Shown: positions 30,001 to 43,100, counted from the first letter of the stretch. The stretch is 64,000 bases of DNA from Diadema antillarum (GCF_040938485.1 NW_027271384.1:3720001-3784000); one strand, 5' to 3'. Translations and numbers: made by a program. The notes: generated from the sequence alone by a model not told the origin.

Positions 30001-33000
30001 ATTGCTGTAGGTGAAGCCGTCCCGACAGTAGCAGTCTCTCACACCACCCTTGATCCTACACTCCTGGTTCTCCACGCACGCGTATGCCACACATTCCAAA
30101 GTGCCTCCAGAACAGCTGCACATCTCGGAGCAGTCATCGTTCACGTACACATCCCCTGCCTGTTTGTGCCAATACCAATCATTTAGATTTGCTTTAGACC
30201 ATGGTCTTCTTTTCAAGCCATTTGCATCTCCATTTGCTTTCAATCCACACGACAATAATCACAGTGTTCAACGATTTATTAAACTTAAGCTCAAATATTA
30301 CCATCAAAGGAGGAAAGCCACACTCACCGAGATGTAGCTTCCGTCTGGAAGAGTGCAACCACAATCCTCTGGCTGCACGCATGTTCCGCCGTCGTCCAGC
30401 AGTCCTTCGGGGCAGCTGCAGATTTCACGGCAGGGAAGTCCGCAGTTCAGGTCGGCATCTGGATCGGCACAGCTGGGCTGGCAGGCGCTACCGCAAGATT
30501 CGTACACTGTTCCACTCGGACACTCAAACCCTGAATAAAGACATTTTTTAGGCAAGGATATACCTTGAACGTCATTTACAACGTACAAGAACATACAACA
30601 AGTGAAATACCCATTCATCACCACGAAAGCTGTACATTACTTACACCGGATACGATCGGCATCACCAAAAACACAAAGTGCTCACACAAGTCATATAAAG
30701 TCAGTACTGTCGTGGACATTCACAACTGTACAGATTTACAGTTTTCACGCAAAATGCACTACCGTCATTCAGCATCTGCACTCTTCTTTCATGACTCCAC
30801 AATATTTCACTTATTTCTTCCAAACCCACCGAAAGACTTTCGACGTCTTTCAAAAGCTGCATCTCATCCTCACGGCACAGAGGGTCATGTCAGAGACTCT
30901 TGACACGCACTTCATGATATCTGATCACATGGCTTTATTTTTTGCACCTCTAGATTCTGATGATCAGCCAAAACAGCTTTCCACTATACAACATAAGTGT
31001 CATGACACAAAAATACTTACCGCACTGGATTACAGACGCCCTCCAGTCCCCAGCCAAGATGCCATTTGTTTCTCCTCGACACTTCTGAACGTATTCCTGC
31101 AGGGCTCCGCATATGATGTCGTTGTCAGGGTCAGTGAAACACAGGTCGAAGACGCAGGCATCATAGTAATCACTCACGTCCACAAAGTCGGAGCAGCCTC
31201 CCAGGGGACCTGAAAGCAAGAAACAGCTGCAAATATAAGCTCTTGGATACTACACAAACAACAAACAAAAATACACACACAGAAAAAAGAAAAGAGACTG
31301 AGAAATTCCACTGCACTTTTCTATTCGAGGTGATTAGAAATCATCAGACAAATAGTCAGATAGGATGTACCATACTCTAGCTGCTTACCACGCTCATTTT
31401 CTAATTTGCCCTCTTTTAATGCTTCAATAGATTGCTTTAACTTTTTGCATATCATATCGACTCATCTACTCATAGAATACACGAGTACTGTAGTGTGCCT
31501 CAGTGAAATTCAATCATCTCCATCTTCTCACCGTCAGGATTGATGAAGATGTAGCAGATGTCCTCCACACGTTGCTGCACGTCGGGGTCATCACAGCCAT
31601 CAGGGGGCGGGAGAATTGTGGTATCGCACTCCTCTTCATTCAGAACCCAGTCATTACCAAAGACATTCTGGTACGGTGTCTGCAAACAGGACCACATTCG
31701 TCAACACAATAATTGGTACTTTTGGGTACAGCTGCACGATCAGGTCACTGTTACATCCACAACACTGATTACATCAAAGTCCAGTCACATGCGGAACATG
31801 TCTCTTTCCTACAATCAAATACCCTGATAGACAGGGTATTGAGAAAGAAGGTAATAAGAGAGCAGAGTTCTACTTACGACACTTCCATCCTGGAGGCGGA
31901 AATCGTTGGATCTGTCGTCATCGAAGGTTCCGCACAGACCACAAGTAGCATTCCAGTACTGGTATGGCACCTCTATGGTTGCAGTGTTGGCTCCGTCGAA
32001 ACGTACAGATAGACCAAAGGATGTTTGGATAGTCTGTAATAACGATCAGATATCAGGTCCTGTTTACCCTTCCCTTCATATCGTGCCTTTATGCTCAATT
32101 CTAAAACAATTACGTGTCAAACAAAAATCTTACATCTTGGCATCACGGCTGCAACAAATTTCACTGATATTTCATTTTCGTGTCTCCTTCAAATATCTGA
32201 CAATGAAATTGCTTTGACACTAACATAGATGTTAATACTAGTTTCTCTTTCATTTAATTGTATAAATACTAGTGTGCACCTAATCGATCCATCCTTGTAA
32301 CAAGACACACTTTGGACATTTTAAATGCCCCTACATCAAAATCAATATCAATTGATGTGCTGACCCACAATTGAGTAAACCAGCCATCATTCCCTTACCG
32401 CGTAAGACCGGTCCGAGCGAATAGTGATGCCGTTGATGAAGCTCAAGGGTGTCGTCCGCCTTGCACCGTTGACTAGAACCACTCTATTCCGCTCGATCGA
32501 ATAGCTAGTGCCATTCACCTCCAGTACCACCTTGCGCAGGTACGACACTCGGTCCGATGGGTTGTTCTTGACGTTGTCTCCCCACAAGTGGAAATCCACA
32601 AGGTCCGTGCGGTCGCTGCACGGCCTCACCAGCGTGTACTCACAGTCGCCCTGGAAGTCATGACGACCACCGTCGAACATAGTGTAGTGCGGATCTCCCC
32701 ACACGGTGCAGATTCCAGGCGCTGTTCAGAGAAGCAGTCGGAAGGTAATTAAAGCACTCTGAATAGTGGCAGCCAGAAGCCCTCACTTCTTCTCCCAACA
32801 AAATATACAATTGGCCGCCTACACTACAGGTGTCTGCCATCTGCCACAAGTAAGCTTAACGGTTTTTTTCACCTCTCGCATTTCTTGCAGACTTCCTTCT
32901 ATTTTAATTGGTTTCCTCTTTCAAAACAGTACGGTGTTCATCACATACAAAAGTACATGCTCTTTTACCATGCATGACCTGACTGGATCTTGTACTCTAA

Positions 33001-36000
33001 CAGCATAAAAAGAGAACACATGCAAGTACATTTCCACAAAAGAGAGATCACTGGCACTCACAAATGGAGTCCATACACACCTACCAAACACTATCAAAAT
33101 CTCTTGCAATATTGTGCTTCTTCAAAATATGAGGTTTCCCGTCTACCTTCAGTTTTTCTTCTCAGACAAGATGAGCAGTCGACCAAAGGCTTGAAATACA
33201 CAGCTCAGTAAGGCTCATCGCCGCCCCGCGTTCTCTACAGTGTATCTATTACTCAAATGACTTACCTCTGGTGCATTCTCCATTGCTGTAGGTGAAGCCG
33301 TCCCGACAGTAGCAGTCTCTCACACCACCCTTGATCCTACACTCCTGGTTCTCCACGCACGCGTATGCCACACATTCCAAAGTGCCTCCAGAACAGCTGC
33401 ACATCTCGGAGCAGTCATCGTTCACGTACACATCCCCTGCCTGTTTGTGCCAATACCAATCATTAAGATTTGCTTTAGACCATGGTCTTCTTTTCAAGCC
33501 ATTTGCATCTCCATTTGCTTTCAATCCACACGACAATAATCACAGTGTTCAACGATTTATTAAACTTAAGCTCAAATATTACCATCAAAGGAGGAAAGCC
33601 ACACTCACCGAGATGTAGCTTCCGTCTGGAAGAGTGCAACCACAATCCTCTGGCTGCACGCATGTTCCGCCGTCGTCCAGCAGTCCTTCGGGGCAGCTGC
33701 AGATTTCACGGCAGGGAAGTCCGCAGTTCAGGTCGGCATCTGGATCGGCACAGCTGGGCTGGCAGGCGCTACCGCAAGATTCGTACACTGTTCCACTCGG
33801 ACACTCAAACCCTGAATAAAGACAGTTTTTAGGCAAGGATATACCTTGAACGTCATTTACAACATACAAGAACATACAACAAGTGAAATACCCATTCATC
33901 ACCACGAAAGCTGTACATTACTTACACCAGATACGATCGGCATCACCCAAAACACAAAGCGCTCACAGGAGGCACATCAAGTCAGTACTGTCGTGGACAT
34001 CCACAGCTGTACAGATTTACATTTTTCACACAAAATGCACTACCGTCATTCAGCATCTGCACTCTTCTTTCATGACTCCACAATATTTCACTTATTTCTT
34101 CCAAACCCACCGAAAGACTTTCGACGTCTTTCAAAAGCTGCATCTCATCCTCCCGGCACAGAGGGTCATGTCAGAGACTCTTGACACGCACTTCATGATA
34201 TCTGATCACATGGCTTTATTTTTTGCACCTCTAGATTCTGATGATCAGCCAAAACAGCTTTCCACTATACAACATAAGTGTCATGACACAAAAATACTTA
34301 CCGCACTGGATTACAGACGCCCTCCAGTCCCCAGCCAAGATGCCATTTGTTTCTCCTCGACACTTCTGAACGTATTCCTGCAGGGCTCCGCATATGATGT
34401 CGTTGTCAGGGTCAGTGAAACACAGGTCGAAGACGCAGGCATCATAGTAATCACTCACGTCCACAAAGTCGGAGCAGCCTCCCAGGGGACCTGAAAGCAA
34501 GAAACAGCTGCAAATATAAGCTCTTGGATACTACACAAACAACAAACAAAAATACACACACAGAAAAAAGAAAAGAGACTGAGAAATTCCACTGCACTTT
34601 TCTATTCGAGGTGACTAGAAATCATCAGACAAATAGTCAGATAGGATGTACCATACTCTAGCTGCTTACCACGCTCATTTTCTAATTTGCCCTCTTTTAA
34701 TGCTTCAATAGATTGCTTTAACTTTTTGCATATCATATCGACTCATCTACTCATAGAATACACGAGTACTGTAGTGTGCCTCAGTGAAATTCAATCATCT
34801 CCATCTTCTCACCGTCAGGATTGATGAAGATGTAGCAGATGTCCTCCACACGTTGCTGCACGTCGGGGTCATCACAGCCATCAGGGGGCGGGAGAATTGT
34901 GGTATCGCACTCCTCTTCATTCAGAACCCAGTCATTACCAAAGACATTCTGGTACGGTGTCTGCAAACAGGACCACATTCGTCAACACAATAATTGGTAC
35001 TTTTGGGTACAGCTGCACGATCAGGTCACTGTTACATCCACAACACTGATTACATCAAAGTCCAGTCACATGCGGAACATGTCTCTTTCCTACAATCAAA
35101 TACCCTGATAGACAGGGTATTGAGAAAGAAGGTAATAAGAGAGCAGAGTTCTACTTACGACACTTCCATCCTGGAGGCGGAAATCGTTGGATCTGTCGTC
35201 ATCGAAGGTTCCGCACAGACCACAAGTAGCATTCCAGTACTGGTATGGCACCTCTATGGTTGCAGTGTTGGCTCCGTCGAAACGTACAGATAGACCAAAG
35301 GATGTTTGGATAGTCTGTAATAACGATCAGATATCAGGTCCTGTTTACCCTTCCCTTCATATCGTGCCTTTATGCTCAATTCTAAAACAATTACGTGTCA
35401 AACAAAAATCTTACATCTTGGCATCACGGCTGCAACAAATTTCACTGGTATTTCATTTTCGTGTCTCCTTCAAATATCTGACAATGAAATTGCTTTGACA
35501 CTAACATAGATGTTAATACTAGTTTCTCTTTCATTTAATTGTATAAATACTAGTGTGCACCTAATCGATCCATCCTTGTAACAAGACACACTTTGGACAT
35601 TTTAAATGCCCCTACATCAAAATCAATATCAATTGATGTGCTGACCCACAATTGAGTAAACCAGCCATCATTCCCTTACCGCGTAAGACCGGTCCGAGCG
35701 AATAGTGATGCCGTTGATGAAGCTCAAGGGTGTCGTCCGCCTTGCACCGTTGACTAGAACCACTCTATTCCGCTCGATCGAATAGCTAGTGCCATTCACC
35801 TCCAGTACCACCTTGCGCAGGTACGACACTCGGTCCGATGGGTTGTTCTTGACGTTGTCTCCCCACAAGTGGAAATCCACAAGGTCCGTGCGGTCGCTGC
35901 ACGGCCTCACCAGCGTGTACTCACAGTCGCCCTGGAAGTCATGACGACCACCATCGAACATAGTGTAGTGTGGATCTCCCCACACGGTGCAGATTCCAGG

Positions 36001-39000
36001 CGCTGTTCAGAGAAGCAGTCGGAAGGTAATTAAAGCACTCTGAATAGTGGCAGCCAGAAGCCCTCACTTCTTCTCCCAACAAAATACACAATTGGCCGCC
36101 TACACTACAGATGTCTGCCATCTGCCACAAGTAAGCTTAACGGTTTTTTTCACCTCTCGCATTTCTTGCAGACTTCCTTCTATTTTAATTGGTTTCCTCT
36201 TTCAAAACAGTACGGTGTTCATCACATACAAAAGTACATGCTCTTTTACCATGCATGACCTGACTGGATCTTGTACTCTAACAGCATAAAAAGAGAACAC
36301 ATGCAAGTACATTTCTACAAAAGAGAGATCACTGGCACTCACAAATGGAGTCCATACACACCTACCAAACACTATCAAAGTCTCTTGCAATATTGTGCCT
36401 CTTCTAAATATGAGGTTTCACGTCTACCTTCAGTTTTTCTTCTCAGACAAGATGAGCGGTCGACCAAAGGCTTGAAATACACCGCACAGCAAGGCTCATC
36501 GCCGGCCCGCGTTCTCTATCTACTAGTCAAACGACTTACCTCTGGTGCACTCTCCATTGCTGTAGGTGAAGCCGTCCCGACAGTAGCAGTCTCTCACACC
36601 ACCCTTGATCCTACACTCCTGGTTCTCCACGCACCCGTATGCCACACATTCCAAAGTGCCTCCAGAACAGCTGCACATCTCGGAGCAGTCATCGTTCACG
36701 TACACATCTCCTGCCTGTTTGTGCCAATACCAATCATTTAGATTTGCTTTAGACCATGGTCTTCTTTTCAAGCCATTTGCATCTCCATTTCCTTTCAATC
36801 CACACGACAATAATCACAGTCTTCAACGTTTTATTAAACTTAGGCTCAAAGATTACCATCAAAAGGAGGAAAGCCACACTCACCGAGATGTAGCTTCCGT
36901 CTGGAAGAGTGCAACCACAATCCTCCGGCTGCACGCATGTTCCACCGTCGTCCAGCAGTCCTTCAGGGCACCTGCAGATTTCACGGCAGGGAAGTCCGCA
37001 GTTCAGGTCGGCATCTGGATCGGCACAGCTGGGCTGGCAGGCGCTACCGCAAGATTCGTACACTGTTCCAGTCGGACACTCAAACCCTGAATAAAGACAA
37101 TTTTTAGGCAAGGATATACCTTGAACGTCATTTACAACGTACAAGAACATACAACAAGTGAAATACCCATTCATCACCACGAAAGGTGTACATTACTTAC
37201 ACTGGATACGATCGGCATTACCCAAAACACAAAGTGCTCACACAAGTCATATAAAGTCAGTACTGTCGGGGACATTCACAACTGTACAGATTTACAGTTT
37301 TCACGCAAAATGCACTACCGTCATTCAGCATCCACACTCTTCTTTCATGACTCCACAATATTTCACTTATTTCTTCCAAACCCACCGACCGACTTTCGAC
37401 GTCTTTCAAAAGTTGCATCTCATCCTCACGGCACAGAGGGTCATGTCAGAGACTCTTGACACGCACTTCATGATATCTGATCACATGGCTTTATTTTTTG
37501 CACCTCTAGATTCTGATGATCAGCCAAAACAGCTTTACACTATACAACATAAGTGTCATGACACAAAAATACTTACCGCACTGGATTACAGACGCCCTCC
37601 AGTCCCCAGCCAAGATGCCATTTGTTTCTCCTCGACACTTCTGAACGTATTCCTGCAGGGCTCCGCATATGATGTTGTTGTCAGGGTCAGTGAAACACAG
37701 GTCGAAGACGCAGGCATCATAGTAAATCACTCACGTCCACAAAGTCCGAGCAGCCTCCCAGGGGACCTGAAAGCAAGAAACAGCTGCAAATATAAGCTCT
37801 TGGATATACATAAACACAAACAAAAATACACACACAGAAAAAAGAAAAGAGACTGAGAAATTCACTGCACTTTTCTGATCGAGGCGATTAGAAATCATCA
37901 GACAAATCGTCAGATAGGATGTCCCATACTCTAGCTGCTTACCACGCTCATTTTCTAACTTGCCCTCTTTTAATGCTTCAATAGATTGCTTTAACTTTTT
38001 GCATATCATATCGACTCACTACTCATAGAATACACGAGTACTGTAGTGTGCCTCAGTGAAATTCAATCATCTCCATCTTCTCACCGTCAGGATTGATGAA
38101 GATGTAGCAGATGTCCTCCACACGTTGCCGCACGTCGGGGTCATCAGCCATCAGGGGGCGGGAGAATTGTGGTATCACACTCCTCTTCATTCAGAACCCA
38201 GTCATTACCAAAGACATTCTGGTACGGTGTCTGCAAACAGGACCACATTCGTCAACACAATAATTGGTACTTTTGGGTAAAGATGCACGATCAGGTCACT
38301 GTTACATCCATAACACTGATTACGTCAAAGTCCAGTCACATGCGGAACATGTCTCTTTCCTACAATCGGATACCCTGATAGACAGGGTATTGAGAAAGGG
38401 AGTAAAAAGAGAGCAGAGTTCTACTTACGACACTTCCATCCTGGAGGCGGAAATCGTTGGATCTGTCGTCATCGAAGGTTCCGCAGAGACCACAAGTAGC
38501 ATTCCAGTACTGGTATTGCACCTCTATGGTTGCAGTGTTGGCTCCGTCGAAACGTACAGATAGACCAAAGGATGTTTGGATAGTCTGTAATAACGATCAG
38601 ATATCAGGTCCTGTTTACCCTTCCCTTCATATTGTGCCTTTATGCTCAATTCTAAAACAATACGTGTCAAACAAAAAATCTTACATCTTGGCATCACGGC
38701 TGCAACAAATTTCACTCATATTTCATTTTCATGTCTCCTTCAAATATCTGACAATGAAATTACTTGACACTAACATAGATGTTAATACTAGTTTCTCTTT
38801 TTTTTTATTGTATAAATATTAGTGTGCACCTAATCGATCCATCCTCGTAACGGGATACACTTCGGACATTTTAAATGCCCCTACATCAAAATCAATATCA
38901 ATTGATGTGCTGACCCACAATTTGGGAGGCTTTCAAGACTAACGAGTAAACCAGCTATTATTCCTTTACCGCGTACGACCGGTCCGAGCGAATAGTGACG

Positions 39001-40113
39001 CCGTTGATGAAGCTCAAGGGTGTCGTCCTCCTTGCACCGTTGACTAGAACCACTCTATTCCGCTCGATCGAATAGCTAGTGCCATTCACCTCCAGTACCA
39101 CCTTGCGCAGGTACGACACTCGGTCCGATGGATTGTTCTTGATGTTGTCTCCCCAAAGGTGGAAATCCACAAGGTCAGCGCGATCGCTGCACGGCCTCAC
39201 CAGCGTGTACTCACAGTCGCCCTGGAAGTCGTGACGACCACCGTCGAACATAGTGTAGTGAGGGTCTCCCCACACGGTGCAGATTCCAGGTGCTGTTCAG
39301 AGAGGCAGTTGGAATGTAAAGCAATTTCCACAGATGCACACACAAGCACTCGCTGCTTCTCACGGCAAAATATACAATTGGCCGCTTACACTAAAGAAGT
39401 ATTCTACCCGTCACAAGCAAACTTAAGGAGTTTTTTTACCTGTCATAATTGTAGACTTCCCTATTTCTTTTTTTCTTCATTCAAAACAGAAAGGTGTTCA
39501 TCTGGGCCCCATTTCATAAAAGAGGTTAGGATGGCAACTCTTGCTGGAATGGCGCAACTTCCAATAGCAACAGCATATCAGGAAGCTGGATTCTTGTCGT
39601 TACCATGACAATTGCCATTCCAGCAAGAGTTATTATCTTATCAACCTTTTATGGAATGGGGCCCAGATAGTGTGCAATGCTCTTTTAACAAGCATGACCT
39701 GACTGGGTCAGTACTCGTAACAGCATAAAAAGAGAGATCACAGGCAGAGTACTCTCCACTTTATTGGGTACTGCTTAGCTTGTAATTGATTTACAAGCTA
39801 AAAGAGAGTTCCCCATGCATGAAGTATTTTCCAGATAATCACATAGATATTCCATATAAACATGTAGGAATTTTACAGAATAACCTGATCTATTTCTATA
39901 GTTTAATGTAGAGAACCTTTAGAATTTGTGTAAATATAAATTTTGAAGAAATTGTTAGGTGCTGAGAGTTGATACACAGCTTAGTTTCACATTCTAACAT
40001 GTCAAATGTGCAGTATACAACTGATTTGCTGTATCACTGATACAAGTAGATGCAGTTTTGCATTTGTATCTTTTATACGAAAGCTTGCACTAGCACCAAA
40101 CACACTTCCAACA

Positions 40114-40169
<56 letters not shown>

Positions 40170-43100
40170 GACAAACTAATCACTATACATGTGCTGATGA
40201 GACATGGCTAGCTCTTGAGAAAAACAAAGCATAAACTAACTCTACTGAGACTGTAACCATTCTTTAGGCTATTACTGTATAAGCTGTTATTTTCGCGTAC
40301 AGATATTTTCGCGAATGAGAAGGTCATGGGCATTTTCGTGAGGTGTTGTTTTCGCAAATTGACACAAAGCTGTCATAAGTGCATTATTACACCAGCGTCT
40401 GGGTGATGTTTTCGCATGTTGCTAATGCAGGGTCCAACAGTGATTCACAATATTCGCAAAAATTAAACCCTCGCGCAAATAACAGCTTATACAGTAATTG
40501 AAAGCAAACATACCGTCACTGTGAAATACATGAGGATAGCAGCAGAATATGTAGCAGCATATGGCTGCATATGCCTAAAGGAATCCAATTTCACTATGAC
40601 AAATGTTTAATAGCACACATACACTGTACATGCTGCTTGTCGAGGACTCGGGGGCAGCAAACAGACTGTTTGCAAAATTATGCTGCAGAGACAAACTTCT
40701 CCGACGAGCTGAGCGATCAGCTAAAGGCTTGTTTGCCTCACAGCGAGGCTTATTAGAGACCCAATGATCTAATTCAAGCACTTAATTGACTAACCTCTGG
40801 TGCACTCTCCATTGCTGTAGGTGAAGCCATCACGACAGTAGCAGTCTCTCACACCGCCCTTGATCCTACACTCCTGGTTCTCCACGCACGCGTATGCCAC
40901 ACATTCCAAAGTGCCTCCAGAACAGCTGCACATCTCGGAGCAGTCATCGTTCACGTACACATCTCCTGCCTGTTTGTGCCAAAAACCAATCATTTAGATT
41001 TGCTTTAGACCATGGTCTTCTTTTCAAGCCATTTGCATCTCCATTTGCTTTCAATCCACACGACAATAATCACAGTCTTCAACATTTTATCAAACTTAAG
41101 CTCAAACATTACCATCAAAGGAGGAAAGCCACACTCACCGAGATGTAGCCTCCATCTGGAAGAGTGCAACCACAATCCTCCGGCTGCACGCATGTTCCGC
41201 CGTCGTCCAGCAGTCCTTCGGGGCAGCTGCAGGTTTCACGGCAGGGAAGTCCGCAGTTCAGGTCCGCATCTGGATCGGTACAGCTGGACTGGCAGGCACT
41301 ACCGCAAGATTCGTACACTGTTCCACTTGGACACTCAAATGCTGACAAAAGATGGTTTTTATGCAAGATGAAAGTTACACTTCAATCAAGATTCCATCTT
41401 TAATATCATTTACAATAAACATTGTACATCCAATTTAATACCCCTTGATCGTTCAGAGACTTGTAAGTACATGTACCTCAACCTGATACCTTCAGAAACA
41501 CCACTTTTGCACAGCAGTCAATCATAAAATCAGGACTCTAAGAGACATTCAGAGCCATAAAGATTTACATTATTCACACACATGTATAATGCACTACCAT
41601 CATTCATAATCAGCGATCTTCTCTCATGATTCGACGATATTTGGCTTATTTCTTCCCAACCCACCCACCAACTTTGGATGCTTTTCAAAACCTGCCTCCC
41701 TACGTCACAGATGGTCATATCAAAGACTCTTGGCACTCACTTGATATCTGATCATAGGGCTTCATTGTTTGCCACATCTACAATGTAGATTCTAATATTC
41801 AGCAAAATCAGCTTTCCGCTTTATAGTTGACAAAATGTCAGGACACAAAAATACTTACGACATTGGGCTACAGATGCTCTCCAATCGCCAATGATGTTAT
41901 TTGTTTCTCCTCGACACTTCTGAACATACTCCTGCAGGGCACTGCATATAATGTTGTTCCCGGGGTCAGTGAAACACAGATCAAAGATGCAGGCATCATA
42001 GTAATCACTTACATCAACGAAGTCCAAGCAGCCTGCCAGGGGACCTGATATGAAGAAGCAGCTCCATATATAAGCTTTTTACAATATCAAAATCAAATCA
42101 AATACGCAAAAAAGAAACATACTTTTGTGAGGATTAAGAATTATCAGGCAAATCTTCTGTAGATGCATTGCAGTCTGCTTACTATGGTAATTATCTGTTT
42201 TATACCATTTCAATGCTGCTTCAATATGACTCCCTTCACTTTTAACGAATCACATCCAATCCATAACTTGCATACTACATACTACATAGGTGCTCTTCTG
42301 CAACTCTGTCCAATTTACATCATCACTATCCCCTCACCGTCTGGATTGATGAAGATGTAGCAGATGTCCTCCACAAGTTGCCGCACATCAGGATCATCAC
42401 AGCCATCAACAGGCAGGGGAACGGTGGTATCGCACTCTCCTCCATTCAGAACCCAGTCATTACCAAAGACATTCTCGTACGGTGTCTGCAAACAGAACCA
42501 CATTTGTGAATATGATTACAATTCTTTCCTTCTTGGTATTCTACTTTTTTCTTTTGCTTTGCACAGATACACTTTGCAGTAATTAGGTCACTGTTCATTA
42601 TCATGTTCATGTCTTGTCAGATACCCTGAAGGACACACATTTGGGTATGCACACCATTTCCGTGAAAAAAGAGACACATACTACATTGTTTACCACCAAA
42701 TTTTTTTCATTACATTTTTAAAGAGTCGGGGGCTCCACATTTATCTTTTTGTTCTTGGTTACAAAGGTCCTGTTTGTCAATTTCACTTAAAGCTGCATTT
42801 TTTATTGATGTTTCCTGACCAACAAAAGCACACCCCAAATTGGAAATTTTGCTATGGCAACTAGTATGCCTCTGCCATATCACATGGTTCTCCCAACAGT
42901 TTTAGACTACATGTATGTATTGACAATGTGAGATGACAATTTTCACATTATTGGCAAAAATTTAAAATGACATGTCTGTCACAAATGTGTTGAGTGTGAC
43001 TTTCCTTGAACTAGGTTTCATTTGGATGGATGTCTAAATTGTTTAAGAAAGCAAGTATTTGGGAATTTGAGCGTTTTCACTTGATATTTGACCCTCATCC

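Larger units (their letters stand above)
1..39292. repeat. Intragenic tandem array of a ~3.27-kb six-exon unit: 12 full copies plus a partial one, continuing beyond the left edge
   Basis: Equivalent positions recur at 101, 3374, 6605, 9873, 13139, 16413, 19687, 22952, 26218, 29492, 32766 and 36047 (spacing 3231-3281). Unit = 1194 nt exon + 2080 nt intron (365, 198, 322, 490, 168, 537). Confidence 0.98.

Noticed and set aside
1-39292. Array read as CRISPR, satellite DNA or a cluster of separate paralogous genes
   Set aside because: There is no short repeat-spacer structure, and no start, stop or promoter between units. The last exon of each unit splices in phase into the first exon of the next.
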